Positions 31,801 through 43,306 of a stretch of 64,000 bases of DNA are shown in pieces. The stretch comes from Candidatus Latescibacterota bacterium (GTDB taxonomy: Bacteria; Latescibacterota; UBA2968). The stretch covers positions 4,000,001-4,064,000 of the forward strand of contig OZ240241.1 of assembly GCA_965198115.1 (NCBI GenBank), given 5' to 3'. The notes below the pieces were generated by a model. It saw only the letters and a list, made by a program, of their open reading frames with translations. It searched no databases and was not told the DNA's origin. Made by a program: the position numbers and the translations under genes. Position 1 is the first letter of the stretch. Every line of letters starts with the position of its first letter.

Positions 31801-32715
31801 TCATGCGCCTGCGAGCGCGACCAGGACGACGCCCAGAACAAGCACTGCAGTCCCCAGAATCTTGGCACCCGCAGCCGGCTCACGCAACAAGACGATTCCC
31901 ATGAAGACACCGATCGGGATACTGATCTGCCGAAACGCGACGATATAGCTGACGTTCTCGGCGTAAGCCATTGCCAGAAGCACGAATGCGTATGTCAACG
32001 TGATCCACCCGCCCGTCAAGGCCGGTATCAGAAGACCCCCACGCACAGTCGCGACGAGTACCTGACGATTGTCTCGCCGTAGTACTGCGCCCAGGAAGAG
32101 CCAGCACGCAGTCGTCGCCGCTTGAAGGCACGCATAAACCAGAGTGACATAGGCAGGTGCGAGGTGTGAGTTCGCCGACCTGAGACGCGCGAGTGCTGTA
32201 TCGTCGACAATCGCGTAGCCTGTCGTCCCCAGCGCTGCGAGGAGGGCGAACGCGAAACCCGGGTGCAGGTACACCGACAGTCTGAACGCCGTGACGCTTC
32301 GAAGCGGAACCAGGAGACTCCCCACCACGATCAGCACAGCACCTGGCCAATAGCCTGGAGTGATCGCATCCGGATTGTGGCCGATCAGGACGCTCACGAT
32401 GGCGACGAACAAGGCTGGCGCGGCACGGGCTACCGGATACGCGATCGAAAGCTCACCCGTGCGGTAGGCCGCCGCAAGGGAGCCGAGGTAAACCGCTTCG
32501 AGGAATCCGGCTCCCGTAACGAGCACCACATCGTACGCGACCATCGATCCTGGCACAGCCGGAAACAGAATCAGGATCGGGGACAGGAGAAGGGCGCCTC
32601 CTGTGATGGCCACGAGGAAGAACACCAGCGTGGGCACCCGATGTTTGCCGAACGCGTTCCACCCCGCGTGCATCACGGCCGAAACGAGCAGAAGGACAAT
32701 CGCGAATGATTGCAT
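31801..32715 (-). CDS. EamA/DMT family transporter
   Basis: SAVMHAGWN, ELSIAYPVAR; about 10 TM segments. Confidence 0.88.
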   Translation of the reverse strand: MQSFAIVLLLVSAVMHAGWNAFGKHRVPTLVFFLVAITGGALLLSPILILFPAVPGSMVAYDVVLVTGAGFLEAVYLGSLAAAYRTGELSIAYPVARAAPALFVAIVSVLIGHNPDAITPGYWPGAVLIVVGSLLVPLRSVTAFRLSVYLHPGFAFALLAALGTTGYAIVDDTALARLRSANSHLAPAYVTLVYACLQAATTACWLFLGAVLRRDNRQVLVATVRGGLLIPALTGGWITLTYAFVLLAMAYAENVSYIVAFRQISIPIGVFMGIVLLREPAAGAKILGTAVLVLGVVLVALAGA

Positions 32716-32856
32716 CAGTCAGGTGCGTCCCCCCGCCAACCCCACATCTCTTCAGCAGTGAGCCACAAGGGCGAAGCCGTCTCTGCTGTCATCTGTCTTC
32801 TGTACTCTGTCATCTGACAACAGGGCGAAGCCATCCTATCTGCCCACGGCCCACCG

Positions 32857-33669
32857 TCACTCGTACTTCCTCTTCCACTTCCAACTGTCGCTGCCCGAAA
32901 TCAGAGGCTGAATCTCCTCGGGTAACGTACTTACGAAAGCGGGATCCACTTCATTGCCCGGCCATTCACGTAGCATCGGAGGCGTGTAGCCCGAAACGAG
33001 AATCACTCGCTCGCGGTCGCTTTTGATCTTCGTCGTGCTGTGGATGAGCGATTCGGGAAACAGCAACACGGACCCGGCCTTGGCCTCCACCTGATATATG
33101 AGCCCGGCGTCTGCCATCGCAGCCTCGATCATCTCATCCTTGTCCCACGTCATCCGATGACTGCCTGGAATTACCGACGTACCACCGTCGTCGGGCCCCA
33201 CGTCGGTCAGATAGGCCAGCGTCTTCACGAACAGACAGTGAAACCGATCTCCTTCCTGATAGCATCCCCAGGTGGGGGTGGTGCCACGATGAAAGCCTGT
33301 CGGGTGGGTCCGACGTGTAGAGAGCTCTTCATCCGTGTCCTCGGGATTCCGTCGATTGATAATCGCTTCCGACTCCTCCAGCCGGACCCTTCCCCCAACC
33401 ACCTCTTCTACCAAAGGCACGAGCTCTGGATGCGTCGCATAGCTCAGAAGCGCGGGATCGTAGGCGACGAGATTACCCATCAACATTCGGTCGCCCTCGC
33501 CTTGTCTATAGATCCCTTTTGATTCCGCATCGGGATCGTCCCTCATCCGTAAAAGGGCCTCTCTACTCGCTCCAACTTCCTCCTCGTTCAGCACCTCCTC
33601 CAGGAGCACGTATCCATAGGCGTCGAACTGGAATCGTTGAGCCTTTGTCAGGCGTACGTCTGTTCCCAT
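32857..33669 (-). CDS. Phytanoyl-CoA dioxygenase (PhyH) family protein
   Basis: QFDAYGY, GFHRG, GGTSVIPGSH, ESLIH. Confidence 0.85.
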   Translation of the reverse strand: MGTDVRLTKAQRFQFDAYGYVLLEEVLNEEEVGASREALLRMRDDPDAESKGIYRQGEGDRMLMGNLVAYDPALLSYATHPELVPLVEEVVGGRVRLEESEAIINRRNPEDTDEELSTRRTHPTGFHRGTTPTWGCYQEGDRFHCLFVKTLAYLTDVGPDDGGTSVIPGSHRMTWDKDEMIEAAMADAGLIYQVEAKAGSVLLFPESLIHSTTKIKSDRERVILVSGYTPPMLREWPGNEVDPAFVSTLPEEIQPLISGSDSWKWKRKYE

Positions 33670-33744
33670 CTGCTCAATCCCATTGGGTAAGTGAGTGTCG
33701 ACCAGTATCCGCCCGACAAACAGGGCGCGCAACCAAAGAAAAAC

Positions 33745-35164
33745 GGCTATATCCGGATCTCTCAACGAGATGAAGTGGGTGAAGGTGCCGTGGTTCCTGG
33801 CATGGGGGCGCGGTTAGAGTGTGCGGAACCTCTTCGGAATCTGCTCAGGGATGTTTATGTCTCCGACGGTAAGGAAGATCATATCGTTGAATGCGTCGAG
33901 TGTGCGGAATCCGCTGGCTCGGTTCTTGACGATTTGGACGATTCGGTTGAGGCCTTCGGCGATGGCGTTGGTAAGACGCGTGTTCACGAATGCGAGGACG
34001 CCGAAGAAGTGCTGTCGCAGGGTCCTGACGAACTTTCGCAGGGGTTCACGTCGACTTCTGAGTGCGGACGTCGTCCAGCATTTCAGGAAGCGTTCGGCAG
34101 CCCAGGGCGCTTTGTATTCCCAGAACTGCTCGAACTCGTCCTTGAGTCTCCAGGCTCTATAGATTCGGTAGTTCGCCTTCTCCAGTGCTTTGAGTGTCCG
34201 AGTATCCCCTCTGGAGCGTGTCGCTGAGTGCCGGTAGAGGAGCCATCGGAGGCCCTTCATGGCTTTGCGCTCATCCGGGGCAGCTTTACGCCACTGGTCC
34301 TTACGGACCTCGTCAACGGCGGCATTGAGAGCCTTGACGATGTGAAAGCGATCGAGGACCAGCTTGGCATTCGGACAGTGTTCCTGGATGGCTCCGATGT
34401 AAGCTTCGCTCATGTCGCAGCAGGCCCACTCGATCTTGGATCTCCGGTAGGGACTGAGAGCCTCTGTGAAGAACCGATCGATCGTTTTACGCGCCCTGCC
34501 GCGGCCAACCCACACCACGCAGGAGCGGTCCAGATCGTAAACGAGCGTGGCGTACCTGTGACGCTTGGCGTAGGAGATCTCGTCGATCCCGATGGTTTTG
34601 AGCCCTCGGATACGATGACCTTCACGAAGCCGCGTGATGGATCGGTGAAGGAGATCCGACAGCGTCGAGGCAGAGATGCGCAGCAACTCGGACGCCGCCT
34701 TCTGCGTCATGGTCTGGCAGTAGCGCAGCATGGCATACTCGAAGCGATACGTCACCCGAGAGAACCGCTCCGCCCACGGAATCTCCTCGACCACACGACC
34801 GTGGGTAGGACACCGAATCTCCCGAGGATGGTAGAGAAGCCAGACCCTCCACCCGCACACCGGAATGTCACGCCACCGACGCGGATGGGGCATTGTGCGG
34901 ACGATTTTACCTCGACGGCCGCACTCCGGACAACAACAACCATTCTTATGTGGCTTTACGGCGATGACGAAGCAGCTTCTCCCCTCAAACCACCAGCTGA
35001 CAACACGGAACCCCTTGAATCTCAGCAGTTTCGATAGTAATCTGCTCCCGGTCATAGGTCGCACCCCCTTCGCTTTGATTGTCCTACACACACAACCAAG
35101 CGTAGGGAACGATCTATGACCTTGTCATTCTATAGTTTCACCGTTGAGAAACCCGGATAGAGCC
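33745..35164 (-). mobile_element. ISL3-family element
   Basis: 23-bp IRs GGCTATATCCGGATCTCTCAACG / GGCTCTATCCGGGTTTCTCAACG; 8-bp duplication AGAAAAAC. Confidence 0.95.
33814..35091 (-). CDS. ISL3 transposase
   Basis: CPECG zinc finger, GIDE, CDM, DRFH, TNAIAEGLN; start may be at 35055. Confidence 0.95.
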   Translation of the reverse strand: MCRTIKAKGVRPMTGSRLLSKLLRFKGFRVVSWWFEGRSCFVIAVKPHKNGCCCPECGRRGKIVRTMPHPRRWRDIPVCGWRVWLLYHPREIRCPTHGRVVEEIPWAERFSRVTYRFEYAMLRYCQTMTQKAASELLRISASTLSDLLHRSITRLREGHRIRGLKTIGIDEISYAKRHRYATLVYDLDRSCVVWVGRGRARKTIDRFFTEALSPYRRSKIEWACCDMSEAYIGAIQEHCPNAKLVLDRFHIVKALNAAVDEVRKDQWRKAAPDERKAMKGLRWLLYRHSATRSRGDTRTLKALEKANYRIYRAWRLKDEFEQFWEYKAPWAAERFLKCWTTSALRSRREPLRKFVRTLRQHFFGVLAFVNTRLTNAIAEGLNRIVQIVKNRASGFRTLDAFNDMIFLTVGDINIPEQIPKRFRTL

Positions 35165-35245
35165 AGAAAAACGCCCCTCTCTGCCATCCTCAGAAAGGAG
35201 CGTGATACTGTCCTGTCTTTGGCGATCTGTTCGCAGCCGGAGGTA

Positions 35246-35292
35246 CATCCTGAGCCCCTCGACTTCGCTCGGGATAAACTCCGTCGAAGGGC
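35246..35292. repeat. REP-like palindromic element
   Basis: CCCCTCGAC..GTCGAAGGG nested inverted repeat; a loosely similar element lies at 11-55. Confidence 0.45.
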
Positions 35293-35418
35293 TGCTCCCA
35301 CCGCAAGATCTTGGGAAGAGCATTACCACGCCCGCTCTCCCGTTCGCCCCGTCTCCCGCTCGTCCGTCTCTGTCTTCCGGCGTCTATCCTCCGAAGTAAC
35401 GGGGTCACGAAGGAGGAT

Positions 35419-36909
35419 CTAAGGTAAGTCGGTACTCCCCATCAGGTATCGGTCAACTTCATGGGCGGCCTCGCGGCCCTCCTTGAAAGCCCACACGACC
35501 AGACTCATCCCTCGACGCACATCGCCGGCAACGAATAGACCTTCGACCTCCGTCGTGTATTGACCGACTTCGGCTTTGGCGTTCGATCGAGCGTCTCTCT
35601 CCAAATCGAACTCGTCGAGCAGTGTGTCCTCAGGGCCAAGCCATCCCATCGACAGCAGGACAATATCGGCCGGCCATGCTTTCTCCGTTCCTTCCACTTC
35701 ACGGAACGGTCTGCCATCTTCCTGGGGCTCCCACTCGACCTCGCGTGTATGTAGTTCTTTGACGTTTCCATTCCCGTCGTCAGAAAACTTGAATGTACTG
35801 AGCTTGTAAGTACGAGGATCGCCCCCGAACCGTGCCGCCACTTCTTCGTGGCCGTAGTCGATCTTCAGAATCCTCGGCATCTCGGGCCACGGATTCCCAT
35901 CCGTCCGTGCCTCCGGCGGCGCGGGGATGATATCGAATTGGTTCAGAGATTTGCATCCGTGCCGCATGGACGTACCGAGACAGTCGGTGCCGGTATCTCC
36001 CTGGCCGAGTACGACCACGTCCTTGTCTTTAGCGGAGATATAGTTCCCGTCCCCGTGCTTCGAATCCAGAAGACTCCGGGTGTTCGCCTCCAGGAACTCG
36101 ATCGCCTGGTAAACGCCCTTGAGATCGCGTCCCTCGACGGGAAGATCCCTTGGTTTAAGCGCGCCGATGCATAGCACGATCGCGTCGAAATCTTCCATCA
36201 GTTTCTTTCCCGGGATGTCCGTACCAATTTCGGTATTGAAGACGAAATCGATCCCCTCCGCCGCCATGAGATCGATCCGACGCTGCACGGTCATCTTATC
36301 CAGCTTCATGTTCGGGATACCGTACATCAGCAGCCCACCCGCCCGGTCGCTTCTCTCGTAAACGGTCACGCTGTGTCCCGCCGTATTCAACTGGGCGGCG
36401 CAGCACAGCCCCGCGGGCCCCGACCCCACGACAGCGACGCGCTTGCCCGTACGTCTGTCGGGTGGACTGGCCACGATCCAGCCTTCTTCCCACGCCCGAT
36501 CGACGATACTGACTTCCATCTGCTTGATCGTCACCGGAGGCTCGTTGATCCCGAGCACACAGGATCCTTCGCACGGGGCAGGACACACGCGACCGGTGAA
36601 CTCCGGGAAGTTATTCGTCTTATGGAGTCGCTCGATCGCCTCTTTCCACAGACCCCGATAGACGAGGTCATTCCATTCGGGGATCAGGTTGTTGATGGGG
36701 CATCCGGACGGAAATGGCGTGTTCTCGGGAAGACTCTCTCCAGTGTGGCAGAACGGAACTCCGCAATCCATGCAGCGTCCACCCTGCTGTCTCAGCTTCT
36801 CCTCGGTCAGGTGGAGGTGGAATTCGTCCCAGTCCGCGATCCGCTCCCCCGGGGAACGGTCGGCCGGCAGTTCACGATCGAACTCGAGAAATCCGGTCGG
36901 TTTACCCAT
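35419..36909 (-). CDS. gltD: Glutamate synthase small subunit
   Basis: [35 protein letters not shown]. Confidence 0.97.
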   Translation of the reverse strand: MGKPTGFLEFDRELPADRSPGERIADWDEFHLHLTEEKLRQQGGRCMDCGVPFCHTGESLPENTPFPSGCPINNLIPEWNDLVYRGLWKEAIERLHKTNNFPEFTGRVCPAPCEGSCVLGINEPPVTIKQMEVSIVDRAWEEGWIVASPPDRRTGKRVAVVGSGPAGLCCAAQLNTAGHSVTVYERSDRAGGLLMYGIPNMKLDKMTVQRRIDLMAAEGIDFVFNTEIGTDIPGKKLMEDFDAIVLCIGALKPRDLPVEGRDLKGVYQAIEFLEANTRSLLDSKHGDGNYISAKDKDVVVLGQGDTGTDCLGTSMRHGCKSLNQFDIIPAPPEARTDGNPWPEMPRILKIDYGHEEVAARFGGDPRTYKLSTFKFSDDGNGNVKELHTREVEWEPQEDGRPFREVEGTEKAWPADIVLLSMGWLGPEDTLLDEFDLERDARSNAKAEVGQYTTEVEGLFVAGDVRRGMSLVVWAFKEGREAAHEVDRYLMGSTDLP

Positions 36910-37148
36910 CAGTTCTCCACGATCCTGGTATTACTGAAGTCAAATTCATCGCACTTCCTGTCCTACGAACCACCCCAGTCAATCTTGTTCCCCGAATAGG
37001 GCCTCGATCCCGAGGACTCTACGTTCCCTGTGTATTCTGTTTGGAGTTCATCCCGAACGGAGTGGAGAGGAGGGCCCAAGATTTCCGTTCGTGTTTTTCG
37101 TGTATTTCGTGGTTCTGTCTTTGTCTTTCTTCCGTGTGTTCCGTGGTC

Positions 37149-40100
37149 TTAGCCCGCAACGGCTTCCCGGAAGGCGGTCAACGTCGCATCATCTCCCTGC
37201 AGCCCCCTCGCCTGTGCCCGTTCGATGGCATCGAGTATCTTGCGATAATCACGCGGCATCACTTTGACGAATCGCTCGACCATCCGATCCCACGAAGAGA
37301 GCATCTCACGTGCAAGCGCACTGTCCGTGTAGTCGGCGTGACGCTCGATCATCACTCGTACCTCTTCGATTTCCTCAGCGTCAGAAAGCGACTCGAGATC
37401 CGAAATCTCCTGATTGCAGCGCGTGTCGAATGTGCCGTCCTCATCGAACACGTAAGCGATGCCACCGGACATCCCAGCGGCAAAGTTTCGACCCGTAGGA
37501 CCCAAAACCACGACGCGACCGCCCGTCATGTATTCACACCCGTGGTCTCCGACCGCTTCCACGACGGCACGAACACCGCTGTTTCGGACACAGAACCGTT
37601 CTCCGGCCATTCCGCGGATGAACGCTTCGCCATTCGTCGCACCGTAGAACGCGACGTTTCCCACGATGATGTTGTCGCGAGGCACGAACGTCGACCCCTC
37701 TGGCGGATACAGAATCATCCGTCCGCCGGAAAGACCTTTTCCGTAGTAGTCGTTTGCGTCACCCTCCAGCTCGAGCGTCACGCCGGGGGGGACGAAGGCC
37801 CCGAAGCTCTGACCTGCCGAACCCTGGAAGTGCAGATGAATCGTGTCTGCCGGGAGTCCATCGGCACCGAATCGCCGCGTCACCTCGCTACCGAGAATTG
37901 TCCCCACGACACGGTTCGTGTTCTTGATTGGCAGTTTCGCCTTGACGTGTGAACCGTCCTCCAACGCCTTATCGCACAAGTCCAGAAGGGTCTGGTTGTC
38001 GAGGGCATTCTCCAACCCGTGGTCTTGGGCGACACAGCAGTAGGTCGGCTCGTCACGTCCCGGTTCGGGTTTATGGAGGATCCGGCTCAGATCCAGGTGC
38101 TTCGCCTTCCAGTGTGTGACATCGTCCCGCTGTCGCAACACGTCCACCCGACCGACCATCTCATCGACCGTCCGGAACCCCAACCTGGCCATAATCTCCC
38201 GCATGTCCTCAGCGATGAACCGGAGGAAGTTCACGACCTGATCAGGCGATCCCATGAACTTCTCCCGTAGGTCAGGATTCTGCGTCGCAACACCCACCGG
38301 ACACGTGTCCAGATGGCAGACCCGCATCATAATGCAGCCCATCGCCACCAACCCCGTCGTCGCAAAGCCGAATTCCTCAGCACCCAGTAACGCCGCGATG
38401 ACAACATCGCGTCCGGTTTTCAGCTGACCGTCTGTCTCGACGACGATTCGACTTCGCAGATTGTTGATCACGAGCGTCTGGTGTGTGTCCGAAAGACCCA
38501 GCTCCCAGGGCAGTCCGGCGTGTTTGATACTGGTTTGCGGGGAAGCGCCGGTACCGCCATCGTGGCCGCTGATCAGCACGACATCGGCGTGACCCTTTGC
38601 AACGCCGGCAGCCACCGTACCCACGCCCACCTCCGAAACCAGCTTGACGTTGATGCGCGCGTCCGTATTCGAATTCTTCAGATCGTGGATGAGCTGCGCC
38701 AGATCCTCGATCGAGTAAATGTCGTGGTGGGGGGGCGGTGAGATCAGCTCAACACCCGGTGTCGAGTGCCGAACTCTTGCGATCCACGGATAGACCTTCT
38801 TCCCGGGTAGCTCGCCGCCTTCGCCTGGCTTCGCGCCCTGGGCCATTTTGATCTGCAGCTCGCGCGCGTTCACGAGATACAGACTCGTCACACCGAACCG
38901 GCCCGAAGCCACCTGCTTGATCGCACTGTTCTTCGAATCTCCGTTCGGCTCCAGCGTGTATCGTTCTGAATCTTCGCCGCCTTCCCCGGTGTTACTGCGC
39001 CCACCGATCCGGTTCATCGCGATCGCCAGCGCTTCGTGCGCTTCTTTGCTGATCGACCCGTAGGACATGGCCCCGCTCTTGAACCGTTTGGTAATCGACT
39101 CGGCCGACTCCACCTCCTCGATGGGGATCCCTTCCTCGGGAAGGTCGAACTCCATCAAGCCCCTGAGAGTGGCAATACGTTCGGACTGATCGTTGATCAG
39201 TTCGGCGTACTCTTTGTAGACCTCGTAGTCGTTCATTCTCGCCGCCAACTGAAGCTTGTGGATCGTCAGCGGGTTGAACAGGTGATACTCGCCGTCCTTT
39301 CGCCATTGGAACTGTCCACCGACGTCGAGGGTACGACCGTTCACCGGAATATCGGGGAAGGCCTGGCGGTGACGCATCAGCGCCTCTTCGGCCACCACTT
39401 CGAGCCCGATGCCATCCACGCGTGAATCCGTCCACGTGAAGTATTTGTCGACGAGAGCCTGACTCAGACCCACTGCCTCGAAGATCTGAGCACCCCGGTA
39501 GGACTTGATCGTCGAGATGCCCATCTTGGCGATGACCTTCACCACACCTTTGACAGCAGAATAGATGTATCCCGAAACGGCCGACGCGTGGTCGTAGCCT
39601 TCGACCATGCCCTCGCGAATCATGTCTCCGAGGCTCTCGAAAGCCATGTAGGGATTGATCGCCTGGGCGCCGTAGCCGAGTAGCAGGCAGAAATGATGAA
39701 CCTCCCTCGGCTCTCCCGACTCGATCGCGATGCCGACACGTGTGCGCGTTTTGTTCCGGATCAGATGATGGTGCAGACCTGACGTCGCAAGCAGGGCCGG
39801 AATCGGGCAATGCTCTCCGTCCATCCCTCGATCCGACAGGATCAACAGATTGACCCCCGTTTCGATCGCACGATCCGCACCTTCGAAGAGCGTATCCATC
39901 GCCAGCTCGAGCCCTGTCGGACCCTTTGACGTGTCGAACACAATAGGGAGAGTATGCGTCCTGAAGCCCGGATGGTCGATCGACCGGATTCGCTCCAGCT
40001 CCTCGTTCGTGAGGACCGGCCGCTCCAGTTCGATCTGGTGACAGCTTTCTGGCGCCGGGTCGAGCAGATTCCCCTCGAGGCCGATCGTCGTCGATGCCGA

Positions 40101-41738
40101 AGTGATCAGTTCCTCACGTAGCGGGTCGATCGGCGGATTCGTCACCTGAGCGAACAGTTGCTTGAAGTAGCTGTAGAGGAGGTGGGGCTTGTCCGACAGA
40201 ACGGCCAGCGGCGCGTCGTTCCCCATCGACCCCACGGGATCCTTCCCCGAGGAAATCATCGGACCCAGGAAAACTCGCAGGTCTTCGTAGGTATATCCGA
40301 ACACCTGCTGGCGTTGCAACACCTCTTCGTGGTCGGGTAGCTTATCGTCGATACTCGCCTTCGGCAGGTATTCCAAGGCGACAAGGTATTCGTCGAGCCA
40401 GGTTTGATAAGGGTTCGCTGTAGCCACCTGATCTTTCAGCTCTTCGTCGCTGATGATCCGGCCCTGCTCGGTGTCGACCAGCAGCATCCGACCCGGCTGG
40501 AGACGGTCCTTGTGAAGGACACGATCGGGCGGGACCTCCATCACCCCGACTTCAGAAGCCAGCACGACGAGATCGTCTTTTGTCACGTAGTAGCGCGAGG
40601 GTCTCAACCCGTTGCGGTCGAGCACGGCTCCGATCTTCACGCCATCCGTAAAAGCAATCGACGCGGGGCCGTCCCACGGCTCCATCAGACAGCTGTGGTA
40701 CTGATAGAAAGCGCGTTTCTCCGGACTCATGCTTTCGTGGTTTTCCCACGGCTCCGGAATCATCATCATCATCACGTGCGGGATCGATCGGCCGGCCAAC
40801 GTCAGGAATTCGAGCGCGTTGTCGAACACAGCAGAATCGCTTCCTTCCGGGTCCTCGATCACCGGCATGACCTTCTCCAGGTCTTCGCCGAACAATTCCG
40901 AAGCGAAATTGCCCTGACGCGTGAACATCCAGTTCACGTTGCCTCGCTTCGTGTTGATCTCGCCGTTGTGGATCATCATCCGATACGGATGCGAGAGCTC
41001 CCAACTCGGGAACGTATTCGTGCTGAAACGGGAGTGAACCAGTGCCAGAGCGGTCATGATCGACCTGTCTTTGAGGTCGATGTAAAAGTCCTCCACCTGC
41101 GCGGGCGTCAGCATCCCCTTGAAGACGATCAATCGCGAAGAGAGGCTCGACACATAGAAGTGCTCGCTGCCAGGCAAATCTCCTTCGTAACGAATCTCCC
41201 GGGCCACGCGCTTTCGGATCACATACAACTTCCGCTCGAACGCGTCCTGATCTTGAATGGCGTCGCTTCGACCGATGAAGATCTGCCGAATCGATGGCTC
41301 CAGACGCTTGGCGGTTTCGCCCAGATGCAGGTTGTCCGTCGGCACACCGCGCCAACCGAGCACGACTTGCCCCTCCTCAACCACGATGCGTTCAAGCACC
41401 TTCTCTTGCGCGTGGCGTTGATCACGATCGGGGCTCAGGAAGATCATGCCGACACCATACTTGCCCGGCCAGGGAAGGTCGATCCCGATCCCATCGCACG
41501 CAGACTGGAAGAAGCGGTGAGGAATCTGCATCAGAACCCCTGCGCCATCACCCGTATCCGGTTCGCTCCCCCTGGCTCCTCGATGGTCGAGGTTCACGAG
41601 CACTTCCATCGCCTGACGTACGATTCGGTTGGACTTCTGACCTTTCACGTGGGCCACAAAACCGATTCCGCAGGCATCGTGCTCGTTCTTCGGGTCGTAC
41701 AGACCTTGTTTCGGGGGCAATCCGATGGGGTTTGACAT
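37149..41738 (-). CDS. gltB: Glutamate synthase large subunit
   Basis: [36 protein letters not shown]. Confidence 0.98.
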   Translation of the reverse strand: MSNPIGLPPKQGLYDPKNEHDACGIGFVAHVKGQKSNRIVRQAMEVLVNLDHRGARGSEPDTGDGAGVLMQIPHRFFQSACDGIGIDLPWPGKYGVGMIFLSPDRDQRHAQEKVLERIVVEEGQVVLGWRGVPTDNLHLGETAKRLEPSIRQIFIGRSDAIQDQDAFERKLYVIRKRVAREIRYEGDLPGSEHFYVSSLSSRLIVFKGMLTPAQVEDFYIDLKDRSIMTALALVHSRFSTNTFPSWELSHPYRMMIHNGEINTKRGNVNWMFTRQGNFASELFGEDLEKVMPVIEDPEGSDSAVFDNALEFLTLAGRSIPHVMMMMIPEPWENHESMSPEKRAFYQYHSCLMEPWDGPASIAFTDGVKIGAVLDRNGLRPSRYYVTKDDLVVLASEVGVMEVPPDRVLHKDRLQPGRMLLVDTEQGRIISDEELKDQVATANPYQTWLDEYLVALEYLPKASIDDKLPDHEEVLQRQQVFGYTYEDLRVFLGPMISSGKDPVGSMGNDAPLAVLSDKPHLLYSYFKQLFAQVTNPPIDPLREELITSASTTIGLEGNLLDPAPESCHQIELERPVLTNEELERIRSIDHPGFRTHTLPIVFDTSKGPTGLELAMDTLFEGADRAIETGVNLLILSDRGMDGEHCPIPALLATSGLHHHLIRNKTRTRVGIAIESGEPREVHHFCLLLGYGAQAINPYMAFESLGDMIREGMVEGYDHASAVSGYIYSAVKGVVKVIAKMGISTIKSYRGAQIFEAVGLSQALVDKYFTWTDSRVDGIGLEVVAEEALMRHRQAFPDIPVNGRTLDVGGQFQWRKDGEYHLFNPLTIHKLQLAARMNDYEVYKEYAELINDQSERIATLRGLMEFDLPEEGIPIEEVESAESITKRFKSGAMSYGSISKEAHEALAIAMNRIGGRSNTGEGGEDSERYTLEPNGDSKNSAIKQVASGRFGVTSLYLVNARELQIKMAQGAKPGEGGELPGKKVYPWIARVRHSTPGVELISPPPHHDIYSIEDLAQLIHDLKNSNTDARINVKLVSEVGVGTVAAGVAKGHADVVLISGHDGGTGASPQTSIKHAGLPWELGLSDTHQTLVINNLRSRIVVETDGQLKTGRDVVIAALLGAEEFGFATTGLVAMGCIMMRVCHLDTCPVGVATQNPDLREKFMGSPDQVVNFLRFIAEDMREIMARLGFRTVDEMVGRVDVLRQRDDVTHWKAKHLDLSRILHKPEPGRDEPTYCCVAQDHGLENALDNQTLLDLCDKALEDGSHVKAKLPIKNTNRVVGTILGSEVTRRFGADGLPADTIHLHFQGSAGQSFGAFVPPGVTLELEGDANDYYGKGLSGGRMILYPPEGSTFVPRDNIIVGNVAFYGATNGEAFIRGMAGERFCVRNSGVRAVVEAVGDHGCEYMTGGRVVVLGPTGRNFAAGMSGGIAYVFDEDGTFDTRCNQEISDLESLSDAEEIEEVRVMIERHADYTDSALAREMLSSWDRMVERFVKVMPRDYRKILDAIERAQARGLQGDDATLTAFREAVAG

Positions 41739-41966
41739 GGGTTTAACCTTTTTGACAACGCCCATCACTGCGCGTGACCGCTACACCTCGGGGATTCGTC
41801 GTTCGAAACGGACGGCTCGGACTGTGACTTCGGCCGATGGGCTCAGCCAACCCGAGAACGTTTAATATAATGGGTTTTCGGGAAACCGCAAAGGCGGGGT
41901 AATACTTGGTAGTGTCCTAATTTGACGGCAGTCCGAGGTCGGCGGGACTGTCGGGTATGGGTGGAG

Positions 41967-42261
41967 CTACCTGTTTTGTGAAGCGATGGACGCACGGACG
42001 GCGTCTTGGGCAGAGGCTACCGGGGGGACGTGGAGAACAGCAAAAAACTGTCGTCTATCGGACCCTTGGACGGGAGACGACCAAGCGTATGCGATAGACG
42101 CCGATGGGTGGCCTTCGAGGGCGAAAGATGTGAACGTCTCCGTCCCAGACCGTCTCGCCCTCGAAGGTTTCTGTTACGTGTTCTGTGCCCGTATGGCGGG
42201 CGTTACATTCGTGTAGGCCCTCAACCGCCTGCTTCAGGGCCGCTATCGGGACTTCCTGCAT
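41967..42261 (-). pseudogene. Passenger hypothetical protein, frameshift near 42125
   Basis: ..ETFEGETVWDGDVHIF then ALEGHPSASIAYAWS..AVLHVPPVASAQDAVRASI in a shifted frame. Confidence 0.7.
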
Positions 42262-43024
42262 CGTCAGCGTCCTCTGCTTCAGCGGCCAAAGACCAAATGG
42301 TCTGGAGGCTGTCTATCAACTTTCCGAACTTCGATTTTAGGACTTCAGAATCCATATCTGACAGGGAAAGCCCATTGACGGGGAATCCCACATCAATCTG
42401 GGCATCCCCCATCTTGATGGTGTAGGTTCCGGGCATTTTGTTTGTCCGATGAGAGACAGGGCCGGGCTGCGGTGGTGGCGGTGCTATGGCCGCGTCCCCG
42501 TCGTTGTCGGCGGATTTATCACCACCTTCACCCTCCAATATACGGGCTTCTGAGAGTCCTGCAAACTGAATTGTCGTCGGGTAATTCTGTAAAAAGGTTT
42601 CCGTTCCTGTTTCGGTAAACCCGTTTCTGCGCTTACAATAGTCCCTCATGTCGTAGATGTCCGGTATTGGTTTTTCCGGTGTGTAGAGGGTGCTGTAGAC
42701 AGGTGGACTAAGGGCCGCCAGCCGGAGATTCTTCATTCTCTCGTTCGAGTCGGGGCGCTCGTCCCTCACTATGTCACGGGCAATATCCGTCAACCGATAT
42801 TCCTTCGTACCCGCGTTCTTCTTGCCCCTTTCCTCCATCAATCCGAACTGCCCCAGTGTGGAAAGGGCCGCGTCGGCCGCATCGTTACTGGACACTAACT
42901 CACGTATCTGTGGGAGGATAGCGTCAAGATGCACCCACCGTGTTCCGTTTCTTTGCTCAAGGGCTGTCGTAAGATGAATCGATTCCTTGAGGTCTATTAA
43001 CGGATGAGATTTGCTCCTTGCCAT
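42221..43024 (-). CDS. Passenger hypothetical protein (possible winged-helix N-terminus)
   Basis: 267 aa, AGGAGG RBS, LSTLGQFGLMEE..YRLTD; C-terminus paralogous to 20807..21025. Confidence 0.8.
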   Translation of the reverse strand: MARSKSHPLIDLKESIHLTTALEQRNGTRWVHLDAILPQIRELVSSNDAADAALSTLGQFGLMEERGKKNAGTKEYRLTDIARDIVRDERPDSNERMKNLRLAALSPPVYSTLYTPEKPIPDIYDMRDYCKRRNGFTETGTETFLQNYPTTIQFAGLSEARILEGEGGDKSADNDGDAAIAPPPPQPGPVSHRTNKMPGTYTIKMGDAQIDVGFPVNGLSLSDMDSEVLKSKFGKLIDSLQTIWSLAAEAEDADDAGSPDSGPEAGG

Positions 43025-43057
43025 AGCGCAACCTCCTGAGATTTCGTATACTTTGTA

Positions 43058-43145
43058 TGGCGGAAGGCGCAGGAATCGAACCTTAGCCGTTCGGCTTCTC
43101 CAAGGTGTATGGCCCGGATTGCGTCACCAGACGCGAGCGCCTTCC
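43058..43145 (-). ncRNA. tRNA-like RNA with a 9/3 acceptor/T-stem fold (allo-tRNA-like)
   Basis: GGAAGGCGC/GCGCCTTCC + GCCA end, D arm GCGTC-TGGT-GACGC, variable arm AGCC-GAAC-GGCT, T arm AGG-TTCGATT-CCT. Confidence 0.8.
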
Positions 43146-43163
43146 GCCCGTATCTACAAAGCT

Positions 43164-43191
43164 AATATAGCGCCTACCCCGGCAATGTCAA
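43164..43191 (-). promoter_or_regulatory. Sigma70-like promoter for the tRNA-like RNA and cargo
   Basis: TTGACA-N16-TATATT. Confidence 0.7.
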
Positions 43192-43246
43192 CCCCCAATT
43201 CTTGAAATTGGGGGGTTTTTCGTGCCCCCAAACACCAAAATTGGCG

Positions 43247-43275
43247 TTGACACAGTGAGCGCCAATCTTTATGTT
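43247..43275 (+). promoter_or_regulatory. Sigma70-like promoter for the transposase
   Basis: TTGACA-N17-TATGTT; inverted repeat TTGGCG..CGCCAA brackets the -35. Confidence 0.65.
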
Positions 43276-43306
43276 AGGGTTACACGTTAAGGTAAAGGGC
43301 ACCGCA

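Noticed and set aside
43058-43145. The host selC (tRNA-Sec), or a UGA suppressor for the adjacent transposase TGA
   Set aside because: There is no TCA anticodon, the loop reads CCATACA, and the fold is 9/3 rather than 8/5
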